The notes beneath the pieces were generated by a model. The model searched no databases and was not told the origin of the DNA. It saw nothing but the letters and a program-made list of their open reading frames with translations. The position numbers and the translations under genes were made by a program. This document shows, in pieces, positions 22,710 to 33,064 of a DNA stretch of 64,000 nucleotides. Within the stretch, counting starts at the first letter, position 1, and every line of letters begins with the position of its first letter. Origin of the DNA: Vulcanimicrobiota bacterium (GTDB lineage Bacteria > Vulcanimicrobiota > Vulcanimicrobiia > Vulcanimicrobiales > Vulcanimicrobiaceae); contig CAVZQC010000004.1 of assembly GCA_963777315.1 (NCBI GenBank), positions 608,001 to 672,000 on the forward strand, read 5' to 3'.

Positions 22710-23933
22710 GTGGAGCAATCATCGAAAGTACGCGCGCGCAAGATCGCGGCGATGCTGATTGCCGCGATCTTGCCGTTCTGCACCTTCTCTACCGCTTTAG
22801 CCGCGGACCATTCGTCCGTCGCGACGATCAACGGTATCGCGCGCAGATCCATGGCTGCCTATCATTTAAAGGCCATGATCGTCCAGGTGCGCTCGAACGA
22901 AAGCAACGTGTACACCGGCGCCTTCGGCGATTCGATGACCGGCGTACGCGCCACCCCCGCGATGCACTTCCGCAACGGAGCAATGGCCTTTACATACATG
23001 GCGACACTGCTGCTCGTGCTCGTGGACCACAAGAAAGTCACGCTCGACACCAAGCTCTCAACCTATTTCCCGCAGCTGCCTCACGCGGGAAGCATCACCC
23101 TCAGGAACCTGGCAAATATGACTTCGGGCTACGCCGATTACGTGTATCAGCCCGAAGTGCTGCGCGGTACGGACCTCGATCCGTTTCGCCAATGGACGTC
23201 GCAGGATTTGATCCGCATAGGCGTTTCGGCACCCATGATGTTTCGTACCGGCACCAATTGGGGCTACTCGCACACGAACTTCGTCATCTTGGGCCGCGTC
23301 CTCGAGAAGATCGCCGGCATGCCGCTGGCGGACGCCATACGCACGTACGTCTTGACACTTATGGGTTTAAAGCAAACGCGCGCCTCCACGACGCCCCAGA
23401 TTCCCGAACCCGTACTGCACTCGTTCGATTCCGAACGCCGCCAAATACTCGGTGTCAGGGCCGGCGTACCGTTTCTCGAAGAATCGACCTTTTGGAATCC
23501 GTCGTGGACAACCGTGGAGGGAGCCGTGGAGACCACCGACATCACCGACATGAGCGTCAGCATGGAGGCTGTCGCATCGGGGAAGATCCTGTCTCAGGCG
23601 TCGTCGGCCGCACAAATCAAACCGCACCTCCTAGGCTTCGGCCATGCCGCGCGCAACTGTTCCGCATGCCGCGCAAACACTGCGGCCTTCAGCTATGGTT
23701 TGGGCACGATGATCCTCGGCCCATGGATAGCGCAGACGCTGGGCTTCGCCGGTGCGTCGGGAGCCGTCGCTTATTTGCCCTCACGAAAACTGACGATAGC
23801 GGTGGAAGCGACGAACGGCCCCGCTGCGTTCGACGACAAAGGCAATGCGAAGGTCGGCATCCCCGCCTCCAACGTGCTTATGGCGCTCGCCCAAGCGCTT
23901 GCGCCGAATACTCTCCCGAAGCAGCCGCACTGA
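22710..23933 (+). CDS. Serine hydrolase/beta-lactamase class C-like protein with non-canonical active site
   Basis: ITLRNLANMTSG and GYSHTNF motifs; the SxxK position reads AMAF. Confidence 0.85.
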   Translation: MEQSSKVRARKIAAMLIAAILPFCTFSTALAADHSSVATINGIARRSMAAYHLKAMIVQVRSNESNVYTGAFGDSMTGVRATPAMHFRNGAMAFTYMATLLLVLVDHKKVTLDTKLSTYFPQLPHAGSITLRNLANMTSGYADYVYQPEVLRGTDLDPFRQWTSQDLIRIGVSAPMMFRTGTNWGYSHTNFVILGRVLEKIAGMPLADAIRTYVLTLMGLKQTRASTTPQIPEPVLHSFDSERRQILGVRAGVPFLEESTFWNPSWTTVEGAVETTDITDMSVSMEAVASGKILSQASSAAQIKPHLLGFGHAARNCSACRANTAAFSYGLGTMILGPWIAQTLGFAGASGAVAYLPSRKLTIAVEATNGPAAFDDKGNAKVGIPASNVLMALAQALAPNTLPKQPH

Positions 23934-23943
23934 CCGGCGAACT

Positions 23944-24585
23944 TTAGATCCGGAAAATCTGCGCGAACCGCGCGAACAATTTGCGATCGCCTTGCACGCG
24001 CACTATCTTCTTTTTTAGCGCTTCCTGAGGCGTTATCTCGCCGGCCATCAGCGCGCGAATTCCCGGGCCGGCTTCGATCGTTACATCGGGATCGCTGAGC
24101 GGGCCCGTCCCGACGGTGATTTTTCCATTGCGCACTTTTGCGTGCACCGTCACGGGGCCGAGGTGCAGCTCGTACGACGCATTCAGGCGGTGTGCAGCTT
24201 CAGAGCGAAAGGTCGAAAGGAGGGCCACGGCCATGGAATCTGCGGTGACGCTCTCATCGGCGCGTGGATCGCCCAGGCGTTTTGCGCCCCAGCGCCCCAA
24301 GCTGATCACGGGCTCTTGGAGCTCTTCTCCCGCTTGCGTGAGCTCGTACACGACTGCACCGGACGGCCGCGGCAAGACTCGCCGCCGCACGACACCGGAC
24401 TCTTCCAGCTCCTTCAAGCGCGCCGTGAGGATGTTGCTGGGGATACCCGCCAGACCGCGCTGCAGATCGCTAAAGCGCTTGGGACCCACGAGCAAATCGC
24501 GAACGATGAGCAAAGCCCAGCGTTCACCCACCATTTCCAGGGCGCGTGCGAAGCCGCAGTATTGCCCATACGGACGAGTGGCCAT
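23944..24585 (-). CDS. HxlR winged-helix regulator with SCP2 domain
   Basis: YGQYCGFARALEMVGERWALLIVRDLL; SCP2-like C-terminus. Confidence 0.9.
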   Translation of the reverse strand: MATRPYGQYCGFARALEMVGERWALLIVRDLLVGPKRFSDLQRGLAGIPSNILTARLKELEESGVVRRRVLPRPSGAVVYELTQAGEELQEPVISLGRWGAKRLGDPRADESVTADSMAVALLSTFRSEAAHRLNASYELHLGPVTVHAKVRNGKITVGTGPLSDPDVTIEAGPGIRALMAGEITPQEALKKKIVRVQGDRKLFARFAQIFRI

Positions 24586-24620
24586 GCCGTCATTATAGCG
24601 CACCCTTGCAATGCTGCATA

Positions 24621-24653
24621 GTGCTTGCTATTTACAAGTACAGGCGCTACAAT
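24621..24653 (+). promoter_or_regulatory. Promoter (TTGCTA, 17 bp, TACAAT) overlapped by the palindrome GTGCTTG-N7-CAAGTAC, a candidate HxlR operator
   Basis: Seen in the divergent intergenic region between hxlR and the VOC gene. Confidence 0.55.
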
Positions 24654-24690
24654 CTACCGATATTCTTCAGCCGCAAAAATTGAGGTCCTT

Positions 24691-25170
24691 ATGCAAAAGA
24701 TCGTTCCGTTTCTTTGGTTTGAGAGCCAGGCCGAGGAGGCTTGCAACTTTTACGTTTCCGTTTTCAACGATTCGAAAATCGACAGCGTCAGCCGCTATGG
24801 AGAAGCCGGACCGGGTCCCAGCGGCTCGGTGATGACCGTAGAATTCACGCTCGAAGGGCAAGACTTTATGGCGATCAACGGCGGGCAGGCTGCCGGCACG
24901 GCGGGCTTGGCGCAGATAGCGCTGTTCGTCAACTGCCAAACGCAAGCTGAAGTCGATTCGTTGTGGGACAAGCTTTCCCAAGGCGGAGAAACGCTGCAGT
25001 GCGGCTGGCTCAAAGACAAGTACGGGTTTTCGTGGAACATCGTTCCAAACGGACTAGTCGAACTCGTGAGCGGTTCCGATCCCGAGAAAGCGCAGCGGGC
25101 GATGAAAGCCATGCTTCAAATGGAAAAGCTCGACATCGACGAGCTCCGGCGCGCATACGAGGGTCGATAG
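24691..25170 (+). CDS. VOC family protein (PhnB / 3-demethylubiquinone-9 3-methyltransferase-like)
   Basis: KIVPFLWF and [13 protein letters not shown] motifs. Confidence 0.92.
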   Translation: MQKIVPFLWFESQAEEACNFYVSVFNDSKIDSVSRYGEAGPGPSGSVMTVEFTLEGQDFMAINGGQAAGTAGLAQIALFVNCQTQAEVDSLWDKLSQGGETLQCGWLKDKYGFSWNIVPNGLVELVSGSDPEKAQRAMKAMLQMEKLDIDELRRAYEGR

Positions 25171-25178
25171 CGTCGTGG

Positions 25179-25652
25179 TCAGGGTCCTCGATAGCCGACG
25201 TCGATGATGCGAAATACTTGGCCTCCGGGCGCGCTGAAATAAACGTGCGAACTTGCCGGATGAGCGAAGCTGCGAATGCCGGCGTGATGCAGCTTCTGCT
25301 GCACCGCCGGCACGTCGTCGGTGCGAAACTCCAGCCAGGCGCCGCGAAGCGCACGCGCATAGTCGCCGTCGCAGGGCTCTTCTGCCGCAGCGTCGGTAAA
25401 CTCCACGCTGAACGCACTGGCGTCGGGAAAAGAGACGAGCAGAATCGGAAGCGGCAAACCGAAGTCGAGCGTTCGCACGTCGCATTCGAGGACGTCGCGA
25501 AACAGGCCGGTGAACCGCTCCCGGTACTCGGGCCGCACGAACAGATGCACGCGCGCCCCTAAGCCTCCGATCACTGTGAACGTTGCGCCGTGGTCTGCAT
25601 ATGGCGACTCCTTTTTAGAGGCCCTTGCCGACACTCTACCACCCTGACCCAT
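25179..25652 (-). CDS. Hypothetical VOC-like protein (start uncertain)
   Basis: FRDVLEC, WLEFRTDD and YFSAPGGQVFR motifs. Confidence 0.6.
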   Translation of the reverse strand: MGQGGRVSARASKKESPYADHGATFTVIGGLGARVHLFVRPEYRERFTGLFRDVLECDVRTLDFGLPLPILLVSFPDASAFSVEFTDAAAEEPCDGDYARALRGAWLEFRTDDVPAVQQKLHHAGIRSFAHPASSHVYFSAPGGQVFRIIDVGYRGP

Positions 25653-25767
25653 ACGGTCCCAGACGTCCGCTTGCCTAGGCATGGTCCTGGATCGCATGAA
25701 ACGCGGCCCCAAGAGCGAATCCGCCGTGCTATAGTTCTTGCGCCCGTTCTACTCAAAAGGAGCTGTG

Positions 25768-26289
25768 ATGAACCGCTTATTGTCCTTTGCCGTTGCACTG
25801 AGCTGTGCGCTCGCCTGGGCGCTTCCCGCATCCGCCGCAACCGTGAATCTGCCCGCCGGCACGAAAGTGACCGTGCGTCTCGTAAATCAGATTTCCTCGG
25901 GGAACGCGACACCGGGGCAGCGCTTTACCTTTGAAGCAGCGGATCCCGTCACGGTCGGCAGCCGCGTCGTGATTGCCGAAGGAGCAAAAGGAACCGGACA
26001 CGTCGTGCGAGCGGTCAAGGCGCACGGAAAAAGCGCAGGCGAAATGACGCTTGCGTTCGCGAGCATTCATGCCGCGGATGGAACGCCGGTGAGCCTGACC
26101 GAAGTCAGCAGCACCAAAGGCAATCCTGAAAAGGGCAAAGCGTCGACCGCTACGATCGCAGCTACCATCGCGCTGGGCCCGATCGGACTGCTGGCGCATA
26201 ACATGGTCAAGGGCAAGGACGTCGTCGTGGGGCCGAAGCAAACGTTTCCGGCGTGGGTGAAAAACACCACGCCGATAACCTTGCCGTAA
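25768..26289 (+). CDS. Secreted hypothetical protein
   Basis: RBS AAGGAG, signal peptide, LPAGTKVTVRL..ISS beta-rich domain. Confidence 0.7.
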   Translation: MNRLLSFAVALSCALAWALPASAATVNLPAGTKVTVRLVNQISSGNATPGQRFTFEAADPVTVGSRVVIAEGAKGTGHVVRAVKAHGKSAGEMTLAFASIHAADGTPVSLTEVSSTKGNPEKGKASTATIAATIALGPIGLLAHNMVKGKDVVVGPKQTFPAWVKNTTPITLP

Positions 26290-26304
26290 GCGAAACCCCG
26301 CAAA

Positions 26305-26883
26305 ATGGCGAGCGCAGCTGCTCCATCACGGCCGGCATCCAGGCCGCTATGGCCTCAGCTGACGTGGTGGGCGCTCGCGTTCCCGGTGGTGATGATCGTC
26401 GCATTGATCACCGCGAACTTTTTCTTGCTCAATTTCGTCCACGTGCTTTCGGGCGGCCTCTGGACGGGTGCCGACCTGTTCATGGGGTTCATGCTCGGGC
26501 CCGTGATGCGGCGGCTGGAACCGCCGCAGCGCGCGGGCGTCATCGCTTATCTGGTGCCGCGCACGATGCTGTATTTCCCGATGGTTTCGCTTACCACGAC
26601 GACGGCCGGGTGGTTTTTAGCAGCCCGGCTGGGCTATCTGGCGCCGGGCAATCCGCAGTTGCCATGGGCGGTTGCAGCGCTCGTTATCGTGGCGCTGCTC
26701 ACGATTCAGGGTCTGGGCATCTTTCTGCCCAACTCCATTCGCATGTGGGTCGAACTGCAAAAACCGCAACCCGATCGCGAGCGCATCGGGCGCCTTGCGC
26801 GGGTGAATTTTTCGCTTGCCGGACTGCAAGGGATATTCCAAGTGGCGATCATCGTCGTGATGAGCCACTTCGTCGTCGGGTAA
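26305..26883 (+). CDS. Integral membrane protein
   Basis: About 5 hydrophobic segments; FVHV..G.LWTG motif. Confidence 0.75.
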   Translation: MASAAAPSRPASRPLWPQLTWWALAFPVVMIVALITANFFLLNFVHVLSGGLWTGADLFMGFMLGPVMRRLEPPQRAGVIAYLVPRTMLYFPMVSLTTTTAGWFLAARLGYLAPGNPQLPWAVAALVIVALLTIQGLGIFLPNSIRMWVELQKPQPDRERIGRLARVNFSLAGLQGIFQVAIIVVMSHFVVG

Positions 26884-26889
26884 CGGCGG

Positions 26890-27951
26890 GTGCGGTGGTT
26901 CGCACTCTTGGCTTGCATCGCCGTCTGCTGCGTGCGGCCGGTCTATGCTGCGCAGCCGCAATATGTGCACGCGCAAATGCAGAGCGCGCTGCTGAGCGGG
27001 TTTTGGCGGCAGCCGGTTTCCATCGACGCGCACGTGCTGCTTCCCGATTCATACTACAAAGAGCCGCACAGGCACTATCCGATCATCTATTGGATCCAAG
27101 GCTTCGGCGGTTTCGGGAACATCGACATGCGCAGCGAGATCGAGTGGCAAAAACCGATGCGCCGCCTGCACACGGAATTCATCGTCGTCTTCCTGGACGG
27201 TATGTTCAACGGCGGCCATCAAGAGTTTGCCGATTCGGCCAACAATGGGCCATGGGGCACCGCATTGACGACCGAATTCATTCCCAAGACCGAAGCGTTC
27301 TTTCGAGCAATCGGCACCGAGCAGACGCGCTTTGTCGGCGGCCATTCTTCGGGCGGCTGGTCGGCGTTGTGGCTTGCGATCACCTATCCAAATCTGTTTG
27401 GCGGCGAGTGGTCGATCTCACCCGACCCCGTAGATTTTCGGGATTTCACCGGCCCGGATCTGACCCGCGTTCCCCCGCAGAATTTCTTTAAGGACGGCGC
27501 GGGCCACGATTACGACATCGACGGCATGCCGCTGCGCGGATTCGTCGTCGGTCCGGGGTGGGAAAGGCGTCAGTTCGACTCTTTCGACTCGGTCTTCAGC
27601 CCGCGCGACGCACTGGGCAAAGCCGAACCGCTCTTCGACCGAAAATCAGGCCGAATCGATCCTGCCGTCGAGCAGTACTGGGACGCGCATTACGACATAG
27701 CGCGCATCTTGTCGCACAATTGGACGTCGCTGGGTCCGCAGCTGCGCGGCAAACTGCACATTATCGTGGGAACGGCGGACCAGTTTCATCTCGACGCACC
27801 CGTTCGATTGCTTCAAGACGAGCTTCGAGGTTTAGGCAGCGACGCCGAAATCGATTTCGCTCCGGGAGCGAATCACTTTACCGTGTTCGATTGGCACGGC
27901 GGGCTCATCGCCTACGTCGTGAACGAAGCGGCGGCCGAACTGCCGAAGTGA
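26890..27951 (+). CDS. Secreted esterase (alpha/beta hydrolase, enterochelin esterase-like)
   Basis: GGHSSGGWS, ADSANNGPWG and SPDPVDF motifs. Confidence 0.88.
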   Translation: MRWFALLACIAVCCVRPVYAAQPQYVHAQMQSALLSGFWRQPVSIDAHVLLPDSYYKEPHRHYPIIYWIQGFGGFGNIDMRSEIEWQKPMRRLHTEFIVVFLDGMFNGGHQEFADSANNGPWGTALTTEFIPKTEAFFRAIGTEQTRFVGGHSSGGWSALWLAITYPNLFGGEWSISPDPVDFRDFTGPDLTRVPPQNFFKDGAGHDYDIDGMPLRGFVVGPGWERRQFDSFDSVFSPRDALGKAEPLFDRKSGRIDPAVEQYWDAHYDIARILSHNWTSLGPQLRGKLHIIVGTADQFHLDAPVRLLQDELRGLGSDAEIDFAPGANHFTVFDWHGGLIAYVVNEAAAELPK

Positions 27952-27955
27952 TCCG

Positions 27956-28261
27956 TTACGTGCGCCTGGCTTCGCCTGCGCGGTAGCGATAGACGATGCG
28001 GCCTTTGGTGAGATCGTAGGGCGACACTTCGACGTCGACCCGGTCTCCGGGCAGAATTTTAATCCGGTGGCGCCGCAGCCGTCCGGCGATGTGAGCCAGG
28101 ATGACGTGCCCGTTGTCCAACTCGACCGAGAACGTCGTGCTCGGAAAAACCTGCTTGATGCTTCCAAAAACTTCCAGCGGCGCTTCCTTATTGTCCGTGG
28201 ACGGCATCTTGGGAGCGCGCGGGGCGGTGTTGCGATTCCGGTTGCGTGAAGGGATAGCCAA
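27956..28261 (-). CDS. infA: Translation initiation factor IF-1 with N-terminal extension
   Basis: [20 protein letters not shown]...[24 protein letters not shown] start after AAGGAG. Confidence 0.93.
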   Translation of the reverse strand: MAIPSRNRNRNTAPRAPKMPSTDNKEAPLEVFGSIKQVFPSTTFSVELDNGHVILAHIAGRLRRHRIKILPGDRVDVEVSPYDLTKGRIVYRYRAGEARRT

Positions 28262-28268
28262 AACTCCT

Positions 28269-29460
28269 TTAGCGCCGGCGGCGGCGCGCAAACGTGCGGC
28301 GCCGAACCGTCGCGGTATTGACGATTGCTGCAGTTCCTACGTCGGAGAGCGCATGCTCTTCGCGATCCATGCGGCCGCCGATAATTCGTTCGATTAGCGC
28401 AAACTGCGGCGCCTCCTCGCGCGAAACGAACGTAATGGCGTCGCCGGCCTTTTTCGCGCGCGCGGTGCGTCCGATGCGGTGGATGTAGTCGCCCGCTTCG
28501 GCGGGGACGTCGTAGTTGATCACGTGGCCCAGATCGACGACGTCCAAGCCGCGGGCAGCCAGATCGGTCGCGACAAGGACGCGATATTTTCCCCTTTTGA
28601 ATGCCTCCAGCGCGCGCGTGCGCTGGGCCTGCGTCCTGTCGCCGTGGATGCGCTCGGCTCCGACGTTATGCTTGACCAATGCGTTTGCGACGCGCTCCGC
28701 TCGGGCTTTGGTGCGCGTAAAGACGATCGCGCTGTAAATGGCATTGCCGGCGAGCAGTTCGAGCAGCAGATCGGTCTTCTTGTGCGCTTCGACGGCGTAA
28801 ACGGATTGCACGACGGTTTCCACCGGCGTCGCGCTCGGCGCAAGGTTCACGCGCGTCGGATCGCGCACCAACTCCGCTGCCAAGCTACCGGCTTGACCGC
28901 TCAGCGTCGCCGATAAGAACAGCGTTTGCCGCTCGCGCGGAAGCTTGCTCAGAATCCGCCGCACCGCGGGGAGAAAGCCCATGTCGAGCATGCGGTCTGC
29001 CTCATCGAGCACGAGCATGCGCACGTCCTCGAACCGCGCTTGACGGCGCTCGATTAGGTCGATGAGCCGCCCGGGGGTGGCAACGATGACCTCGGCGCCG
29101 CTGCGGAACGCTTGAAATTGCGGCTCGAAACCGACTCCGCCGTGAACGGCTGCAACTCGCAGCTGCGTATATTTGGCCAGCGCGCGCAGGTGTTCGGTGA
29201 CCTGCTGCGCGAGCTCGCGCGTTGGAACAAGGATCAATGCTTTCGTGCGGGCAGCCGGGCCGTCCAGGCAACGCTGCAGCACCGGCAATCCGAACGCGGC
29301 GGATTTGCCGCTGCCCGTGGGAGCGCCGGCAAGGATGTCGCGCCCGGCCAGCGCTGGTGGTATGGTCAGCCGCTGAACGTCGGTAGACTTGGGTGAACCG
29401 AAGGTCGCTCAGGGCGCGCAGGAACGCGGGCTGTAAGCCGAAATCGCTGAAATTCGAAAT
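28269..29460 (-). CDS. DEAD-box RNA helicase (RhlE-like); apparent frameshift at about 29387
   Basis: Q-motif region [34 protein letters not shown] and HRIGRTAR. Confidence 0.9.
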
Positions 29461-29650
29461 AGAAACCGTCTTTCAAGTGGCGCAACTGTTCGACCACTCG
29501 AAAGATCGCGCGTTAGTGAGACCGCTGCAGTGTCTCATACTTGCGTAGGCGCGGCAACCACGAACGTCGGCGCGGCTAGAACTAGCAGGCTAGCGCATAT
29601 ACGCCTGCCAAGAAACCCGAACCGAGGTCTCGAAAGACCGCTCTTCAGAT

Positions 29651-30518
29651 ATGGCTAGGGTCGCCGCGATCGCCGGTATCTGGTGTCTGGCACAGCTCGT
29701 GCTGACTTTTTCATTCGCAAGCGGGGCCGCATCCGGCGGTCCCGTCGCTCTTTCGGCACTGGCTCCGGTCGATGAGTACTTCGGTCGCCAAAAGCTCAGC
29801 CCGTTCGGCGTTCGGCATAAGGTTTTTGCACTCAAAGACGATCTGCACCACGCGCGCTCGCATCCCGACGCTATAGAACACGACGCGCTGCTGACCGAAG
29901 ACGCGCTGCACGACTGGACGACGCGATTCCCGCACGATCCGTGGCTGCCGGCCACGGCGTGGAACTTGGCCACGCTGTACGAAGAGTTGCCCGGCGCCGA
30001 TGCGCAGATGCACGCGATAGACTGCCTTGCAGTACGTACGCGATCGTTTTGCGGATACGCCGTATGCCGGCTACGCAGCGCGCGATCTCGCGCGGGGCGT
30101 AGGCGTTCGTCCGTGGCCGCGCTGGGCCGGATCGCACGCGCAGCGCGTCGCAACCTCACGCATCGTCACGCCGTCGCCTGCGGCTTCCGCAGTCCCCTCG
30201 CCGGCGTCCCAAGCTTCGCCGTTCGCTGCGCAAACGCCGGGAGATCCGGCATCGTTGGTTGCCGCGATCAAAGCTCAGCACGACGCGGCATCGGCGCAAA
30301 CGTTGGAAAAGCTCTATTGGACGCTCTCGAAAAACGGTACGGATGGCGCATACGCCCGAGCCGCGTGGGAATTCGCCGCGCTGTACGAACAATTGCCGGG
30401 TGAAGATTCGCGCAAACGCGCCATTCGTTTTCTAGCGATGCTGGTCGATCGCTATCCGACTCTGGTTTACGGCCGTTGGGCGATGCGTGACTTAGAACGA
30501 GGCGTGGGCACGCGCTGA
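29651..30518 (+). CDS. Secreted hypothetical protein with two related helical modules; apparent frameshift at about 30021
   Basis: AWNLATLYEELPG and AWEFAALYEQLPG repeats; ORFs join if A30021 is removed. Confidence 0.65.
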
Positions 30519-31660
30519 ACCGGGCATTTTCACGCGCTCCAGGCTCAGCCACCGTGCCATTGCTTTGAGATCTTCGCGCAGATGCTCGCGTACGTTTGCG
30601 CGATCCACGCGCGGTTCGAAATGCACCGCCTGCACCAGCAGTGTGGAACTGCGGCGTTCCGCTTTCAGGTCCACGCGCGCGGCCAAACCTTCGTCCAAGA
30701 GATACGGCAAGACGTAATAGCCGTGCACGCGCTTATGCGCCGGCGTGTAGATCTCGATGCGATAGTGAAAATCGAAAAGCCGATGCACGCGCGGCCGGCT
30801 CCATACCAATGAGTCAAAGGGCGAAAGCAGCGCGCTCGCGCGCACGGCGCGCGGTTTGCGCGCGTCACGGTGCAGATAGGCCTGCTTCCATCCCTGCACG
30901 CAGACGGGCCGAAGCGTCCCGGCCCGGACGAGATCGACGATCGCGGCACGCGCGTCGTCGGCGGGGAGCCGGAAGTAATCGCGCAGATCAGCCTCCGTTG
31001 CCACGCCGCAAGCCCGAGCAGCGCGTTCGACCAGCTGCACGCAGGCCTCTCGTTCGCCGACGTGCTGTTGCAATAGCGGCCCCGGAATGGCGCGCTGCGT
31101 CAGATCGTAAACCCGTTCGAAACTGGGTCGCCGTCCAACCGGCGTGATCTCACCGCACCAATACAAAAACTCGACGGCACGCCTAGTGTCGCTCCATCCC
31201 CACCAGCCGCCCGTCCCTTTGGCGCCGGCTAAATCCGACGCACTCAGTTCGCCACGTTCTTCGAACGCAGCGCGCACCCGCGCGACCAAGTCGCCGCGCT
31301 CGCGCCCCACACGCGCGACGTTGCTCCACACGCCGGTTCCGCTGCGCGCGCGCTGCATTCGCCAGCGCAGCAGCGGATAGGTTTCGATCGGCAGCAGCGA
31401 GGCTTCGTGTCCCCAATATTCAAAAACGCGCCGCGGCTGCGAGTACGTTATCCGATCCAATAACGTGCGATCGTACGGGCCCAAACGTGAGAATGCCGGC
31501 AAATATTGCGAGCGCACCAGCACGCTGACCGAATCTATCTGCACCGCCCCCAAATCTCGAATGAGCGCGCGAAGCCCGGCCGCTCCCACTGCAGCGCCGG
31601 CAGCGCGGCCGAATCCCTGAGCCGCCAGCGCAATGCGGCGAGCCTGTGCGCAGCTCAGTT
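30492..31660 (-). CDS. YcaQ/AlkZ-family (HTH_42) DNA glycosylase (start uncertain)
   Basis: ARRIALAAQGF, QIDSV, FEYWGHEAS, LLSPFD and YRIEIYTP..KR.HGYY motifs. Confidence 0.88.
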
Positions 31661-31676
31661 CCGGGTACTGCTCTCT

Positions 31677-31736
31677 AACTAATTTTTTAGTTGACTTTGG
31701 GTTTCGCAGCGCCTATACTCCTAATGAATTAGTTGA
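31677..31736 (+). promoter_or_regulatory. Near-consensus promoter TTGACT-17-TATACT flanked by two CTAA-N4-TTAGTT palindromic sites
   Basis: -35 at 31691-31696, -10 at 31714-31719; AACTAATTTTTTAGTT and CTAATGAATTAGTT. Confidence 0.7.
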
Positions 31737-31751
31737 CACAGGAGGCCTGTC

Positions 31752-31856
31752 ATGAAAAGCTCTGCGGCATCGTCCCGGTATCCTCGCCCCACGCTCGAGC
31801 GTCCCACGCCCGCCACGACGATCTTTTCCGGCTGGGGACCTCGGCTAGGCCTTTAG
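31752..31856 (+). CDS. Putative 34-aa small protein or leader peptide MKSSAASSRYPRPTLERPTPATTIFSGWGPRLGL
   Basis: AGGAGG RBS 6 nt before the ATG, directly downstream of a strong promoter. Confidence 0.45.
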   Translation: MKSSAASSRYPRPTLERPTPATTIFSGWGPRLGL

Positions 31857-31907
31857 GAAAATGCGTCCCAACGGCATCCGTTCCCACCTACGGCGCGTTC
31901 TGGAAGT

Positions 31908-32480
31908 ATGCGAATGCTGCACGTCGCGATCTTTTTGGCCCTCCAGCACGTCGTCTTGGCTGGGGGGTGCTTCTGGGGCATGCAGGCGGTCTTCGAGCAA
32001 CTCCGCGGCACGACCAGCGTCGTCGCGGGTTACGCGGGCGGAAAGGCGGCCACGGCGCACTACGACATGGTCAGCACCGGTCAAACCGGTCACGCCGAAT
32101 CAGTCGACGTCACTTACGATCCCTCGCAGCTCTCCTTCGGCCGGATCTTGCAAGTCTATTTTTTAGTGGCGCACGATCCGACCGAACTCAACCGTCAAGG
32201 GCCCGATGAAGGCACGCAATACCGCTCGGAAATTTTCTATACCACTTCCGAGCAAAAGGCGCAGGCGCAGGCGTACATCGCTCAGCTGCAGCGCGACGGC
32301 ACGTTTCGCGCGCCGATCGTCACCACGCTGGCGCCGCTCCACGGTTTCTACCGCGCCGAAGAGTACCACCAGGATTTCGTCGCGCATAATCCGTTCGATC
32401 CATACGTTCTGATCAACGACAAGCCCAAACTCGCGCAGCTCCGGCGAGAGTTTCCGCAACTGCTCAAAACGGGGCGGTGA
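31908..32480 (+). CDS. msrA: Peptide-methionine (S)-S-oxide reductase
   Basis: AGGCFWG, GYAGG, HDPT..NRQG.D.GTQYRS and AEEYHQ motifs. Confidence 0.95.
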   Translation: MRMLHVAIFLALQHVVLAGGCFWGMQAVFEQLRGTTSVVAGYAGGKAATAHYDMVSTGQTGHAESVDVTYDPSQLSFGRILQVYFLVAHDPTELNRQGPDEGTQYRSEIFYTTSEQKAQAQAYIAQLQRDGTFRAPIVTTLAPLHGFYRAEEYHQDFVAHNPFDPYVLINDKPKLAQLRREFPQLLKTGR

Positions 32481-32486
32481 CGACGA

Positions 32487-32993
32487 CTACAGTATCGTAA
32501 GCGAATGGGGGTCGGCGCGTCCGACGACGTCGCCGCATTCGGTTTTGACGATTACGTAGGCGATGTCCGTGCCGTCCGGGCACATCTTTGCCGCCCACGT
32601 GCTGCGCGCTGCCGCGAGCACTTCTTGCTTGTGCGAGTTCGGCAGCGTTCGCCACGCTATCTCGTCCATGGTCAGCAGCAGCTCCTTATGCTCGGCGTTC
32701 ATCGCTCCGACCCGGACCGAGCGCACCAAGCCGCGCGGTCCGTATTGAATCTCGAGCCCTTCGACCGTATGACGTGCGGGCCGCGAGACGTTGATGCTGC
32801 CCGTTATGACGGTGGGTTCGGGCGCAGCCGGCGAAGGCTCGGGGACATGCGGCATGGGGGACTGTGAGATAGATGCTTTGCGCGAGTCTCTCTTGAGCCA
32901 CGCATATGTCATTGCCGCGCCTGCCAGCAGCGCGACGATAATCCATCCAATTTCAAATCCTACGCTCACGCTGCCTCCAGACGCACCCCGCAC
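32487..32993 (-). CDS. Membrane-anchored hypothetical protein
   Basis: N-terminal TM helix and Pro-rich linker. Confidence 0.6.
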   Translation of the reverse strand: MRGASGGSVSVGFEIGWIIVALLAGAAMTYAWLKRDSRKASISQSPMPHVPEPSPAAPEPTVITGSINVSRPARHTVEGLEIQYGPRGLVRSVRVGAMNAEHKELLLTMDEIAWRTLPNSHKQEVLAAARSTWAAKMCPDGTDIAYVIVKTECGDVVGRADPHSLTIL

Positions 32994-33042
32994 CCTCAGC
33001 GTACCCGCCGCCGGTGGAAAAATCCCTAAGGCGTTCGTCCCC

Positions 33043-33064
33043 AGTGTCCTGGGCTCAGGACACT
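33043..33064. terminator. Hairpin AGTGTCCTG-GGCT-CAGGACACT, possible terminator
   Basis: Perfect 9-bp stem that would lie right after the 33229 stop in the pre-insertion state. Confidence 0.4.
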
